This document shows positions 29,093 through 37,220 of a stretch of DNA of 64,000 bases, piece after piece (positions within the stretch are counted from its first letter, which is position 1; each line of letters starts with the position of its first letter). This DNA is from a virus (Duplodnaviria; Caudoviricetes), in the IMG/VR virus record IMGVR_UViG_3300028802_000012, positions 2,244 through 66,243 of that record; one strand, written 5' to 3'. The position numbers and the translations under genes were made by a program. The notes under the pieces are model-generated. The model was given only the letters and a program-made list of their open reading frames with translations, had not been told where the DNA came from and did not search any database.

Positions 29093-29949
29093 ACCGGCTC
29101 GATACACGCATGATTGGGTATTCCTCGCAAATGTGTATGATGGAGATGCGCGATCGGGTACGGGAATGGCGGGAGTTTCCCGTAGTGCTGCTCGTACATC
29201 ACATGGTGCAAATCGGCCAGGAACTGCTTCACCGCAAATCGCTCGGCGCGCGCCTGAATGTGCGCCGGAGGCAGCTTACCGATCGAGTACGCTTTATAGG
29301 CGTCGGTGTCTTTGCCGATTCGCTTGCGTTCCAGGATGCCCGCCGCCTGGTCGGCCAGCTCACCACCCTCATTGCGGGTCTGCTCGTACAGTTTTCGGGT
29401 CTGGTACAGCTTGCCGTAGGTATCTCTGGGGTTGTTGCTGACCTTCACGAACGACTGCCCGAGTTTCCAGCAGAGCACTTTCAGCCGCGCGTTCCAGGGG
29501 CGCTTCTGGCCCTTGTCCCAGACGGCGGTCGGGTTCAACCCCGCGAAACTCCAGATGTGTCCCACCGTCGGGGCGCGTTCGATGTCGATGTGGGCCAGGA
29601 ATCCAGCAGCGAGGACCGGCCCGATGCCGACGATCGAGCGAGCCCATTGCCCGACCCCCGTCGGCTCGTTCTTCGAGTAGACATCGAGGCCTTTACGGAT
29701 TTCGTCCTCGATGCGCACGAACGCTGCACTGGTCCATTCCAACAGCGACGTCGGCTCGATGCCGTCTTCGAGGGCGCGAACCTGGTTCGACGCCGTAATC
29801 CGATACCCTTGCACGGTGTAATAGGTGTCCACCAGAAACCGAATTTCCGCGACCGAGAGGGTCGCGGCTGCCTGTCGAAGATCCTTCTTCGCACGTTCGA
29901 GCGGCTCCAACGCGGTGCCGTTGATGGGCGGATCTTGCACGTCGACCAT
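29086..29949 (-). CDS. tasA: TasA-like Nop/IS110-related RNA-binding protein without nuclease domain
   Basis: Coiled coil plus SIVGIGPVLAAGFLAHI...IWSFAGLNP...WNARLK (IS110 C-terminal/Nop-like). Only 287 aa, with no DEDD RuvC or HNH motif. Sits directly upstream of the dual-repeat array. Confidence 0.8.
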   Translation of the reverse strand: MVDVQDPPINGTALEPLERAKKDLRQAAATLSVAEIRFLVDTYYTVQGYRITASNQVRALEDGIEPTSLLEWTSAAFVRIEDEIRKGLDVYSKNEPTGVGQWARSIVGIGPVLAAGFLAHIDIERAPTVGHIWSFAGLNPTAVWDKGQKRPWNARLKVLCWKLGQSFVKVSNNPRDTYGKLYQTRKLYEQTRNEGGELADQAAGILERKRIGKDTDAYKAYSIGKLPPAHIQARAERFAVKQFLADLHHVMYEQHYGKLPPFPYPIAHLHHTHLRGIPNHACIEPVS

Positions 29950-29970
29950 GATGGTCTCTCCTTTGGGTGC

Positions 29971-29984
29971 GTGTACTTTTACAC
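29971..29984. promoter_or_regulatory. Operator-like palindrome GTGTA-N4-TACAC upstream of tasA
   Basis: GTGTACTTTTACAC; its exact reverse complement is at 36373-36386. Confidence 0.6.
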
Positions 29985-30229
29985 TATTCCTGCGGGCCTG
30001 ACAAGGCGCAGGGTTGCCGCGTCGTGCGTCCCTTCAGGGGTGGAAGATCGAGAGGCTGCTCGTCGTCGATGACGATCAGCAGATTCCCGGTGATCAGACG
30101 GCTGATCGAGACCAGAGTTCCCGGGGTGAACCCTGCTCGCCAGGCTGCCTCCCCCAACGGCAGGCAGCCATCGCTGCGCACGGCGCTCTTGTAGGTCATG
30201 GTTCCGCTAATCCTGCATATGTTCGTCAC
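29984..30229 (-). CDS. Small AbrB/SpoVT-like protein
   Basis: DGCLPLGEAAWRAGFTPGTLVSISRLITGNLLIV fits the swapped-hairpin AbrB pattern. Confidence 0.5.
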   Translation of the reverse strand: MTNICRISGTMTYKSAVRSDGCLPLGEAAWRAGFTPGTLVSISRLITGNLLIVIDDEQPLDLPPLKGRTTRQPCALSGPQE

Positions 30230-30543
30230 TCGGGCGCGTGTGTCACTCGGGGGTCTATCCGTGAGAGCGCGGACAACCTCGCCAGAGCCTGACGCAGTTG
30301 CTCTCGGAGTCCCTCGACCTCGGCGCGTGCCATGTCGCGCTCAGCCCGCATCTGCCGGGCTTCCTCGACGAGTCGGTACGCCTCCGCCGACGTCTTTAGC
30401 GCCCGCTCAGCCGAGGGTTCAATGCCGGCGGCCGTCAGGCGTTCGATCTCGGCCTCCAGCCGCTCAACCTCTGATGCCCTCTCGTCGCGCCCATCCTGAT
30501 ACGTGGCGAATCGGTATCCGTGCGGCATATTCCCTGTCGTCAT
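30226..30543 (-). CDS. Coiled-coil hypothetical protein
   Basis: GGAGG RBS; heptad repeats. Confidence 0.6.
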   Translation of the reverse strand: MTTGNMPHGYRFATYQDGRDERASEVERLEAEIERLTAAGIEPSAERALKTSAEAYRLVEEARQMRAERDMARAEVEGLREQLRQALARLSALSRIDPRVTHAPE

Positions 30544-30588
30544 ACGCCTCCTCCACTCGGGTAGTGCCGAAACTAAGGCTGAATATCT

Positions 30589-32712
30589 TCACCAGGTCAG
30601 GGCGACGCGGCTATCGATCTTGATCGGGGCCGTCGGACCCAGCACGTCCTGCATACCCCGGTGCAGACAGCCCTTGGCGACCTCGGCCAGGTCGCGCGCG
30701 TCTTCTTCGGGAAACTCCAGCAGGATCTCATCGTGGATCTGGCCACACAAGAACGGCAGTAAGCCAGCCTCCATGAGACCAGGGAAGCTGTTCTTCAATC
30801 CGTACCCGGCAGTACTCTGGATCCAGGAGTTCAACCAGGACGTCGGCTTCCGGTTGTGACCTTCCAGAATTCTCCGAAACCCGACCTGGTTGACGACGTC
30901 AATCCGGGGTTCGGACTGCTCCATCGTCCGATAGGCTTGCTGGCGTTTGATGGCCATGCCGAGATAGGTCCGAAAATATTTTCGGATGGTCTCAGCCGCC
31001 TGCTCCATCGAGATCTCGACGTCGAACAGGTCACGGGCCTGCTTGACGTAGCCGTTGACGCCACCCCCGAACAGCAGGCCGAAGTTGGCGATCTTGGCGT
31101 CCTGTCGCTGGCTGCTGGTGACCTCCTCCTGCGGGATGTTGAGCAGCGCGGCAGCCACAGCCGCGTGGGGATCACCAGTCCGACAGGCTTCGAGCAGCGC
31201 CGTGTCGTTGGCGAAGACGGCCGCTGTGACGACTTCGATGCTGGAATAGTCCAGCGACGCTAAGCGCATCCCTTCTTCGGCCACAAACATCCGTCGAAAC
31301 TCTGGCGCCCGGGGGATCTGCTGAAGATTGGGGTACGCACACGAGTACCGGGACGTCTCCGTCCCAATCTGCCGCCAGGACGGATGAAACCGGCGACAGA
31401 CAGTGCAGACGTGCAGGTCCAGAAACCGCCCTTTCTTGGCGTACCCCCAGTTCTCGATGCGTTTCTGCGACAACCGAAAGTCCAACAGTTGTTGGACCGG
31501 CCGATACCCGGCCCGTGCCAGAGATTTCAGCGTCGCCTTTCTGGTGTCCGCCAGTGGAAAGCCCAGGACGTCGTTCGACGTAGCCTTGAGTTGCACCGGC
31601 GACCGAAAGTTCTTGACCCCTGGCCAGGATCGAATCAGGTGCCAGAGCATGTGGTCCCGATCCTGCTCCCAGGTGGGGATGGACGCTTCCCAGAGAGCGA
31701 CGTCGGGCTTGAGCCCGTTGTAGGTCATCCAGGCCGTGGCTGGGACGGCCCGTTGCTCGATCCAGTTGGCCCGCTCCTGCCCTTGCGCCATAAGGAGACC
31801 ATCCTGGCGGTCTGCGAGCCGTTCAAGATGGACGATATCCTCCAGCATGTACGCCACCATGTCTTGCGTCCACGGACCCGTCCAATCTGTTGTTTCATGA
31901 TCGATCTCCTTGGCGATCGCGACCCCGAGCCGTTCTGCCAGCACCGATTGCAGATCGTTCGGCTTCCAGGACGTGGGTCGACCAGCCTTTGCGGCTCCGG
32001 TTCTGGTACGATACTCATGCAGGAGCAAGGACTGGATCAGCGTGTCGGTCGTGTTCCGGATGTACGCCATGTCGTCGCCCTGGTAGTGACTGAGCATCCA
32101 TGCCAGGTCGAACGACAGGTTGTGGCCGATGACGCGGGTCTCGTCGTCGGCCAGGATCTCACGCCACCAGGCGGGCAGCGTCCTCAGGATGAAGGTGTCT
32201 TGCCCGACCGCGAAGATCGCTGCGCCAATAGCAGCGCTTTCCGACGCGTGGAAAGCGAGCCCGGTTGTTTCAAGGTCGACGGCGACGGTGCCGTGTCGGG
32301 CGATGGCTGTTCGGAGGGCGCGTTCGTCGTCGTTGTAGCGGAGCGTGCGGCGCGTGCGGCTTCGGCGCGCTGTACCGCCGACGTGAGCGTTTCCTCCAGA
32401 CGCTTGATCGGTTTGGAGTTCGCCGGTGTGAGCAGGATCGCTGGCGGCTTCTCCTTCGGAGGCGGCACGCTCGGCGTCGAGGGCGTCGCCAGAACTTCCT
32501 CCCGGCTCTTGGCGTACAGGACGAGTGGCGGAAGGGTCAGCCCGGCTGGGCTGTTCGGCAACGGTAACCCGGCCCAGAAGCTCGGCTCGTATCGCCAGGA
32601 TTTTATCAGCATCTGATAGAGGTTCTGGGTGGCCCACTTCTTGGGACCCGTCCACTCCAGCGTCTGAAAGGCTGGCCCGGTTGCGTCGAGCCCGACCTTT
32701 CCCTGTTGGCAT
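30589..32712 (-). CDS. Family A DNA polymerase with 3'-5' exonuclease
   Basis: VAVDLETTGL, GHNLSFD, NLQQIPR, LDYSSIEV, RQDAKIANFGLLFG, QIHDEIL; GGAGG RBS before ATG 32712. Confidence 0.95.
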   Translation of the reverse strand: MPTGKGRARRNRASLSDAGVDGSQEVGHPEPLSDADKILAIRAELLGRVTVAEQPSRADPSATRPVRQEPGGSSGDALDAERAASEGEAASDPAHTGELQTDQASGGNAHVGGTARRSRTRRTLRYNDDERALRTAIARHGTVAVDLETTGLAFHASESAAIGAAIFAVGQDTFILRTLPAWWREILADDETRVIGHNLSFDLAWMLSHYQGDDMAYIRNTTDTLIQSLLLHEYRTRTGAAKAGRPTSWKPNDLQSVLAERLGVAIAKEIDHETTDWTGPWTQDMVAYMLEDIVHLERLADRQDGLLMAQGQERANWIEQRAVPATAWMTYNGLKPDVALWEASIPTWEQDRDHMLWHLIRSWPGVKNFRSPVQLKATSNDVLGFPLADTRKATLKSLARAGYRPVQQLLDFRLSQKRIENWGYAKKGRFLDLHVCTVCRRFHPSWRQIGTETSRYSCAYPNLQQIPRAPEFRRMFVAEEGMRLASLDYSSIEVVTAAVFANDTALLEACRTGDPHAAVAAALLNIPQEEVTSSQRQDAKIANFGLLFGGGVNGYVKQARDLFDVEISMEQAAETIRKYFRTYLGMAIKRQQAYRTMEQSEPRIDVVNQVGFRRILEGHNRKPTSWLNSWIQSTAGYGLKNSFPGLMEAGLLPFLCGQIHDEILLEFPEEDARDLAEVAKGCLHRGMQDVLGPTAPIKIDSRVALTW

Positions 32713-33029
32713 ATCGTCCTCCAGTTGTAGAGAAACAAGGAGTCGGTGCCCACGCCAACGGCCAGGATCGCACAGCCGTTGGCGCTCTCACCGACCCTGT
32801 TCAGGATGTCTTGCTGCACCGGTGGCACCAGCGTGTTCGGGGTGAACGACTTCCGGTTTGCGGGCAGGCTCTTGACTTCGATGACGATGCAGCGACCCAG
32901 AATGTCGCACGCGATAAAGTCGATCCTCGGTTTGCCCCCGTAGCCAGGGCTATCGGGGGCCTTGAAGTACCAGACGATCTCCAGGCCCGCTAAGAGCAGC
33001 TTGACCCGGTCCTCCCATTGGCCTTTCAC
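32184..33029 (-). CDS. PD-(D/E)xK nuclease (VRR-NUC/Holliday-junction resolvase-like)
   Basis: KAPDS...IDFIAC...IEVKS...QQDIL; 3' part overlaps the polymerase gene. Confidence 0.65.
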   Translation of the reverse strand: MKGQWEDRVKLLLAGLEIVWYFKAPDSPGYGGKPRIDFIACDILGRCIVIEVKSLPANRKSFTPNTLVPPVQQDILNRVGESANGCAILAVGVGTDSLFLYNWRTICQQGKVGLDATGPAFQTLEWTGPKKWATQNLYQMLIKSWRYEPSFWAGLPLPNSPAGLTLPPLVLYAKSREEVLATPSTPSVPPPKEKPPAILLTPANSKPIKRLEETLTSAVQRAEAARAARSATTTTNAPSEQPSPDTAPSPSTLKQPGSLSTRRKALLLAQRSSRSGKTPSS

Positions 33030-35021
33030 CTAGTCATCACCTCGTGTCTGGTCGTCGGTGTCGTCCCCGAGCAGATCGCCAACCCTGTTCGCGGCCAACG
33101 TCAGGGCCGAGTCGTAGCCGGGACCTGCGCGGAAACGGTAGAGCTTGCCACCAGCGGCTTTGCTCTCATCCAGGACGACCAGCGTGCCCTCCGTCTCCAT
33201 GTCGTTCAAGCGTTCCTTCAGCAGGGCTTCACTGGGCGGGTCGGTCGGCCCCGACCAGGACATCGGCAGCACGTTGACCAGCTGCTTGACCCGCATACCC
33301 GCACTCCTGGGGTTCATGGCTGACATCGCGATCATGCTGGTTGTCAGCCAGGCAATAAGCTTTTTGGGATCATTCTTGGCCACCGACGCGACCCGTGACT
33401 GCGCGTCACTGATCTTGCCGGTGAACTTCATCGACACGTACGCTCCAGCGTGGGTGTCGAACTCACTCAAGAAGCCAGGGAGTTCCAGGCTGGTGCGGGC
33501 TTTGGCGTGGATCACCGACAGCTGTCGGGTATCCGTGGCCCGCTCCTCCTGGTCGTACTCGGCCAGGATCAGGGCAGCGTCCGCTTGCTGCATGATCTGC
33601 CCCGACCCCCGAATCGAAAACTGCACGTGATCTTTCTTGCGGGTCCCTGAGGGTTTCAAAAGATGGTGGATCAACCCCCAGGCTACGCCGGTTCGTTCCG
33701 TGATGCCCCGCAAGTAGGCGTAAAACCTCCCGACTTCGGACGAGCTGTTCTCGTCTCCGGTCCAGCACATCGAGAAACTGTCCAGGATCACCAGCCGCAC
33801 ACCCAGATCCAGAATTGCCGTCTCGATGCGGCGGCGCTGCATCTCTTCGGTAAAATCAATCACCGACTCGTCGGCAAAGTGAATCCGTTCCCGGATCACC
33901 GTCTCGTAGTCGCTGTGCTTGGCGTACCGTTCGTTCCGGGCGATGGCTCGCAGCCGTTGGCCCAGCATCTTGGAGCCCATCTCCTTGTTGACATACAGGG
34001 TGGAGAAGGCGTCCGGATGTTTGAGATCAGGGTGGTCCAACCAGGGGATTCCGAGCGCGCCGTCCAGACACAGCTGCAAGCCATGCCAGGTCTTATAGGA
34101 CCCGGAATGCCCACCGATCACCAGGATCCCCTCTTCAGGGAGCAGCGGATTGATCAGGTGCGGGACGTCACGCACGGCTTCTTCGATCAAGGTAAAGGCG
34201 GTCTTGACGATGAGGGGTGGGGCCTCATCGAGGGCGGCGTCCGCCAGTGCGAACGTCGGAGTGGTCGCCGCTCCCAGGAGATCCGCAAGCGTCCCACCCC
34301 CAGCCAGGTAATCGTCAGCCCCCTGTCGTTCCAGCCCGGCGTACGGTACGACCGCGACGTAGACGTGACGCGCACCCGTCTTCGCTGAAGCGTACTGCGC
34401 GAGATCTGACCACCCTGCACGGACTGCGTCGTTCGTACGAAAGTCGGAATCTGGCGTCGTATACACCCGACGACGCTTGAGCGGAAGATCCAGGAAATCG
34501 TAGCTCGCCACACTGGACCCGGATTCGGTCTTGCAGCGCCAGCCGTAGTTCCCATTGAGGGCGACCACGACACAGGGGATGCCCTCCCGTCGGGCAGCGC
34601 TGAGTATTGCATCGCCTTTCTTGACTCCTTCCGCGAAGATCAACGGGACCTGTTCGTCGTACAGGTCAGCAAAGAATCCCGGATGGACCATCAGCGCGTT
34701 CCGCGTCCCCGTCGGCCAGACGTACTTCGTCGGGAAGCTCCCACCGAAGACGCGCATGACCTCACAATGCTTCTCACCGTCGGGTCGATGAACCGGGATA
34801 GCCAGCCAGGAGTCCGCCGTCAGGATCCGATCTTGCACCAGTCCAGCAGCCACCAGGGCTGCCATCTGGCGCGTGGTCGGTGAGTAGTAGCCGCGCCCCA
34901 CCACGATGTCGCCGTCGATACCGCTGTCGTCTTCGAGCACTTTCCGGTGGGCGTCAGAAAGCTGACGCTCTCGCAGGGGGACGGCCTGTTCCCACGCGTC
35001 GACAGGACCAGGCGTAGGCAT
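33030..35021 (-). CDS. Primase-helicase (Toprim/DUF3854-like + RecA/AAA_25 helicase)
   Basis: FAEGVKKG...PDSD...GADDYL; GHSGSYKT Walker A, VILDSF Walker B, HH..K, RGSG. Confidence 0.85.
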   Translation of the reverse strand: MPTPGPVDAWEQAVPLRERQLSDAHRKVLEDDSGIDGDIVVGRGYYSPTTRQMAALVAAGLVQDRILTADSWLAIPVHRPDGEKHCEVMRVFGGSFPTKYVWPTGTRNALMVHPGFFADLYDEQVPLIFAEGVKKGDAILSAARREGIPCVVVALNGNYGWRCKTESGSSVASYDFLDLPLKRRRVYTTPDSDFRTNDAVRAGWSDLAQYASAKTGARHVYVAVVPYAGLERQGADDYLAGGGTLADLLGAATTPTFALADAALDEAPPLIVKTAFTLIEEAVRDVPHLINPLLPEEGILVIGGHSGSYKTWHGLQLCLDGALGIPWLDHPDLKHPDAFSTLYVNKEMGSKMLGQRLRAIARNERYAKHSDYETVIRERIHFADESVIDFTEEMQRRRIETAILDLGVRLVILDSFSMCWTGDENSSSEVGRFYAYLRGITERTGVAWGLIHHLLKPSGTRKKDHVQFSIRGSGQIMQQADAALILAEYDQEERATDTRQLSVIHAKARTSLELPGFLSEFDTHAGAYVSMKFTGKISDAQSRVASVAKNDPKKLIAWLTTSMIAMSAMNPRSAGMRVKQLVNVLPMSWSGPTDPPSEALLKERLNDMETEGTLVVLDESKAAGGKLYRFRAGPGYDSALTLAANRVGDLLGDDTDDQTRGDD

Positions 35022-35045
35022 AGGCAGAGACTCCCGTAGAAGATC

Positions 35046-35088
35046 AAAAAGCGGGCGGGCTTCTCCTGAAGGAAAGGCCCGCCCGCTT
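35046..35088 (-). terminator. Rho-independent terminator
   Basis: 12-bp stem AAGCGGGCGGGC/GCCCGCCCGCTT ending in a T-run on the - strand. Confidence 0.75.
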
Positions 35089-35109
35089 CTTCCTATCCCG
35101 AAGCAGGCG

Positions 35110-36033
35110 CTACTCGGGATCGGCTTCTAGGGTAGCTCGAATCGACGCAGAGTTCACAACCTTGGCCAGCTTCATCGCCCGCGCCCGCGCCGTGGGATAC
35201 TCTCGCGAGTCGCCGACGTACTCAGCTTCCGGCTTCTTATACGGTCCCATCGGACTGCTGGCATCTCCCAGCCGGATGGAGATCGCGAGATCCCACCACT
35301 CGCAGTCGTCCTCCATCTTCATCCCGATGATGTCCTTCGCCGCACTGATGCCCGTCTTGCGGAAGGTCACCACCCCACGGAGCAGCGGACTATCTTCGTT
35401 ATCCGGCTCAGGAATGATGATGACGGTGAAGTTGTAGTTCTCGCCACAGAGCGGTGCCCCCGACGGATTGGTGGTGGTCTTCTCGCCCCAGTTCTTGAGC
35501 GGGCAGCCGGCGGTCTTTCCCTGGGTGCTCTGCTCCTGAATGGTCCCCTCGCAGAGGCCCCCCGGCGTCCCTTCGCCCACGGTGAAGTTGAAGGAGCGAC
35601 ACATCAGACCTGCAGAACCACCGACGTAGTAGCTCCTGGTTTTCTGCATGTCCACCGGAATAACCAGGACCTCGGTCCCGAGATCACGATCGCGACTGGT
35701 GTGATACCAGTTACCAAGTGGTACCCGGCCTTCACGGACGACCTTGGACATTGACTGCGCAACTTTCAGCTGCGGGATCTTGACATCGCTCGATGTGATC
35801 TCGCGCGACTTGTCGATCTGCGGCAAGACCAGGGATCCGTTGTCCTTTGGGAGAGCGGCAATCGCAACGGCGCGCTGGATCATCTGCTCGGTGACCTCGA
35901 CGGCGGGGGTCGAGGCGGCAAACGTCGGGGTCGAGGCAGTTTCGACAGCGGACTTCGCACGTGCCGAAGCCGCCGTCGCTGCCCGTCGCTTGGCCATCAG
36001 TCGGTCTTTCTCGGTTTGTCGTGTGTCTGACAT
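35110..36033 (-). CDS. Probable ssDNA-binding/annealing protein
   Basis: AGGAG RBS before ATG 36033; IPQLKVAQSMS motif; first gene of the replication cluster; call is mostly positional. Confidence 0.45.
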   Translation of the reverse strand: MSDTRQTEKDRLMAKRRAATAASARAKSAVETASTPTFAASTPAVEVTEQMIQRAVAIAALPKDNGSLVLPQIDKSREITSSDVKIPQLKVAQSMSKVVREGRVPLGNWYHTSRDRDLGTEVLVIPVDMQKTRSYYVGGSAGLMCRSFNFTVGEGTPGGLCEGTIQEQSTQGKTAGCPLKNWGEKTTTNPSGAPLCGENYNFTVIIIPEPDNEDSPLLRGVVTFRKTGISAAKDIIGMKMEDDCEWWDLAISIRLGDASSPMGPYKKPEAEYVGDSREYPTARARAMKLAKVVNSASIRATLEADPE

Positions 36034-36144
36034 CGTCGTGTTCTCCTGCGGTGGTGTGCTGTCGGTGATGCAAAGATGTGATGGTCGTCGTGATGACACG
36101 GTGGCGGCGTCGCTCGCAGGGTGTGGTGCGCTCCCAGAGATGGG

Positions 36145-36352
36145 CTGAGCAGGAACGCTCGGGGTTTCGGGGGCTCTCAGTTGATCGGGCTGCGAGGGTC
36201 GCTCTGCGCAGAAGCCGTACCCACGGGTGGGTGCTGGTCCTTTCGGGGCTCCTGACCCCCTTCAGCGGCGATTTTCACGGTGTTTGGGAGGCTGACCGTG
36301 TCTGCTCCCAGCGTCTGGAGCGGTCCGCCTCCCGCTGAGGACCGAGAACTGA
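36145..36352 (-). ncRNA. Candidate structured leader RNA with pseudoknot
   Basis: Nested complementary segments 36177-36188/36342-36352, 36236-41/36338-43, 36262-68/36332-38; hairpin 36286-90/36305-09 whose loop pairs with 36276-81. Confidence 0.45.
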
Positions 36353-36372
36353 CCTCCTTTCGGCGGGCTAGG

Positions 36373-36407
36373 GTGTAAAAGTACACTTCTCCGAGTGGCC
36401 CCGTCAA
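36373..36407 (-). promoter_or_regulatory. Sigma70-like leftward promoter overlapped by operator palindrome
   Basis: - strand TTGACG-N18-TACTTT; GTGTAAAAGTACAC at 36373-36386 covers the -10. Confidence 0.6.
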
Positions 36408-36439
36408 GCGGGCCGTCGCACTCGAAGGGAAGCGATGTC

Positions 36440-36679
36440 ATGGGCCTGGCCTGCACGGCCGAGAACTATCGCGCCGAGATCGCCCGCCACCAGATCCAGC
36501 AGCAGGATCTGGCCGACGCCATCGGCATGAACAGGAACCAGCTGTCCAACTATCTCACCGGGAACCGCCCACTCCCCGACTGGGCGGCGCGCACGATTGC
36601 GGCGGGGCTCAATCGTCTGCTGGGCCGAGAGATCTTCTCCGTCGCGGAGGGTGATCGTCATCGCCGTGCGGGCACATGA
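36440..36679 (+). CDS. XRE-family HTH regulator
   Basis: IQQQDLADAIGMNRNQLSNYLTGNRP; lone + strand gene divergent from the replication operon. Confidence 0.8.
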   Translation: MGLACTAENYRAEIARHQIQQQDLADAIGMNRNQLSNYLTGNRPLPDWAARTIAAGLNRLLGREIFSVAEGDRHRRAGT

Positions 36680-36745
36680 ATTCTGAGATAGGGTTCGGTG
36701 GGGTGGCTCCAGAGGACGGCTTGCCCGAGCTTGCCCCGCAATGGA

Positions 36746-36813
36746 AGCCCCCCAAACCAGCGGTGGCCCTTTTTAACGGTGGCCCTAAAGGGCCACCGCT
36801 GGTTTGGGGGGCT
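36746..36813. repeat. Perfect 27-bp inverted repeat with a third internal copy of CGGTGGCCCT
   Basis: AGCCCCCCAAACCAGCGGTGGCCCTTT (36746-72) / reverse complement (36787-813); 14-nt spacer TTAACGGTGGCCCT. Confidence 0.9.
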
Positions 36814-36896
36814 GAAAGGGCAAGCCGCCCGCATGGCCCCCGAAAAATTGGGAGGGGCTGACCAAAACGTAAAGTTTTGCCACGGACCCGCCGCGC

Positions 36897-37220
36897 TCAC
36901 GACGAAGCCGTCCGACGATGGCGGGGCACCGTATTGACCCGGAGTACATCGCAGATCCGCATGAAGCCGTGGGCGTACTGGTGCGATCCGCTCCGGCGCA
37001 CGGACAGCCCGCGACTGGCGACCGTGATCCAGTTCCAAGCTTTCTCCGGCTTGTAGTTCCCGCATGTGGGGCAGAGATTCGGTGCCCAGATCTCCCGGTC
37101 TGGGAGCTTCATCAGCTCCCGAACCGGAAACGTCATATGGTCGCCGCAGTTTCGGCACACCAGGATCAAGACTTTGTCGTGCTCGTTAGGGTTGTGTTCC
37201 GCTGTCTCGTTGTTGCTCAT
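36897..37220 (-). CDS. Zinc-ribbon protein
   Basis: CRNC...CPTC. Confidence 0.6.
   Translation of the reverse strand: MSNNETAEHNPNEHDKVLILVCRNCGDHMTFPVRELMKLPDREIWAPNLCPTCGNYKPEKAWNWITVASRGLSVRRSGSHQYAHGFMRICDVLRVNTVPRHRRTASS

Noticed and set aside
29086-29949. IS110-family transposase / insertion sequence
   Set aside because: Lacks the N-terminal DEDD domain and the Ser-containing catalytic loop; it is operon-integrated and attached to a guide-like array
36228-36260. SRP RNA helix-8-like motif (TCAGG...CCGAAAGG.CCAGC on the - strand)
   Set aside because: Spacing and the AGCA side do not match the SRP consensus; kept only as part of an unclassified structure
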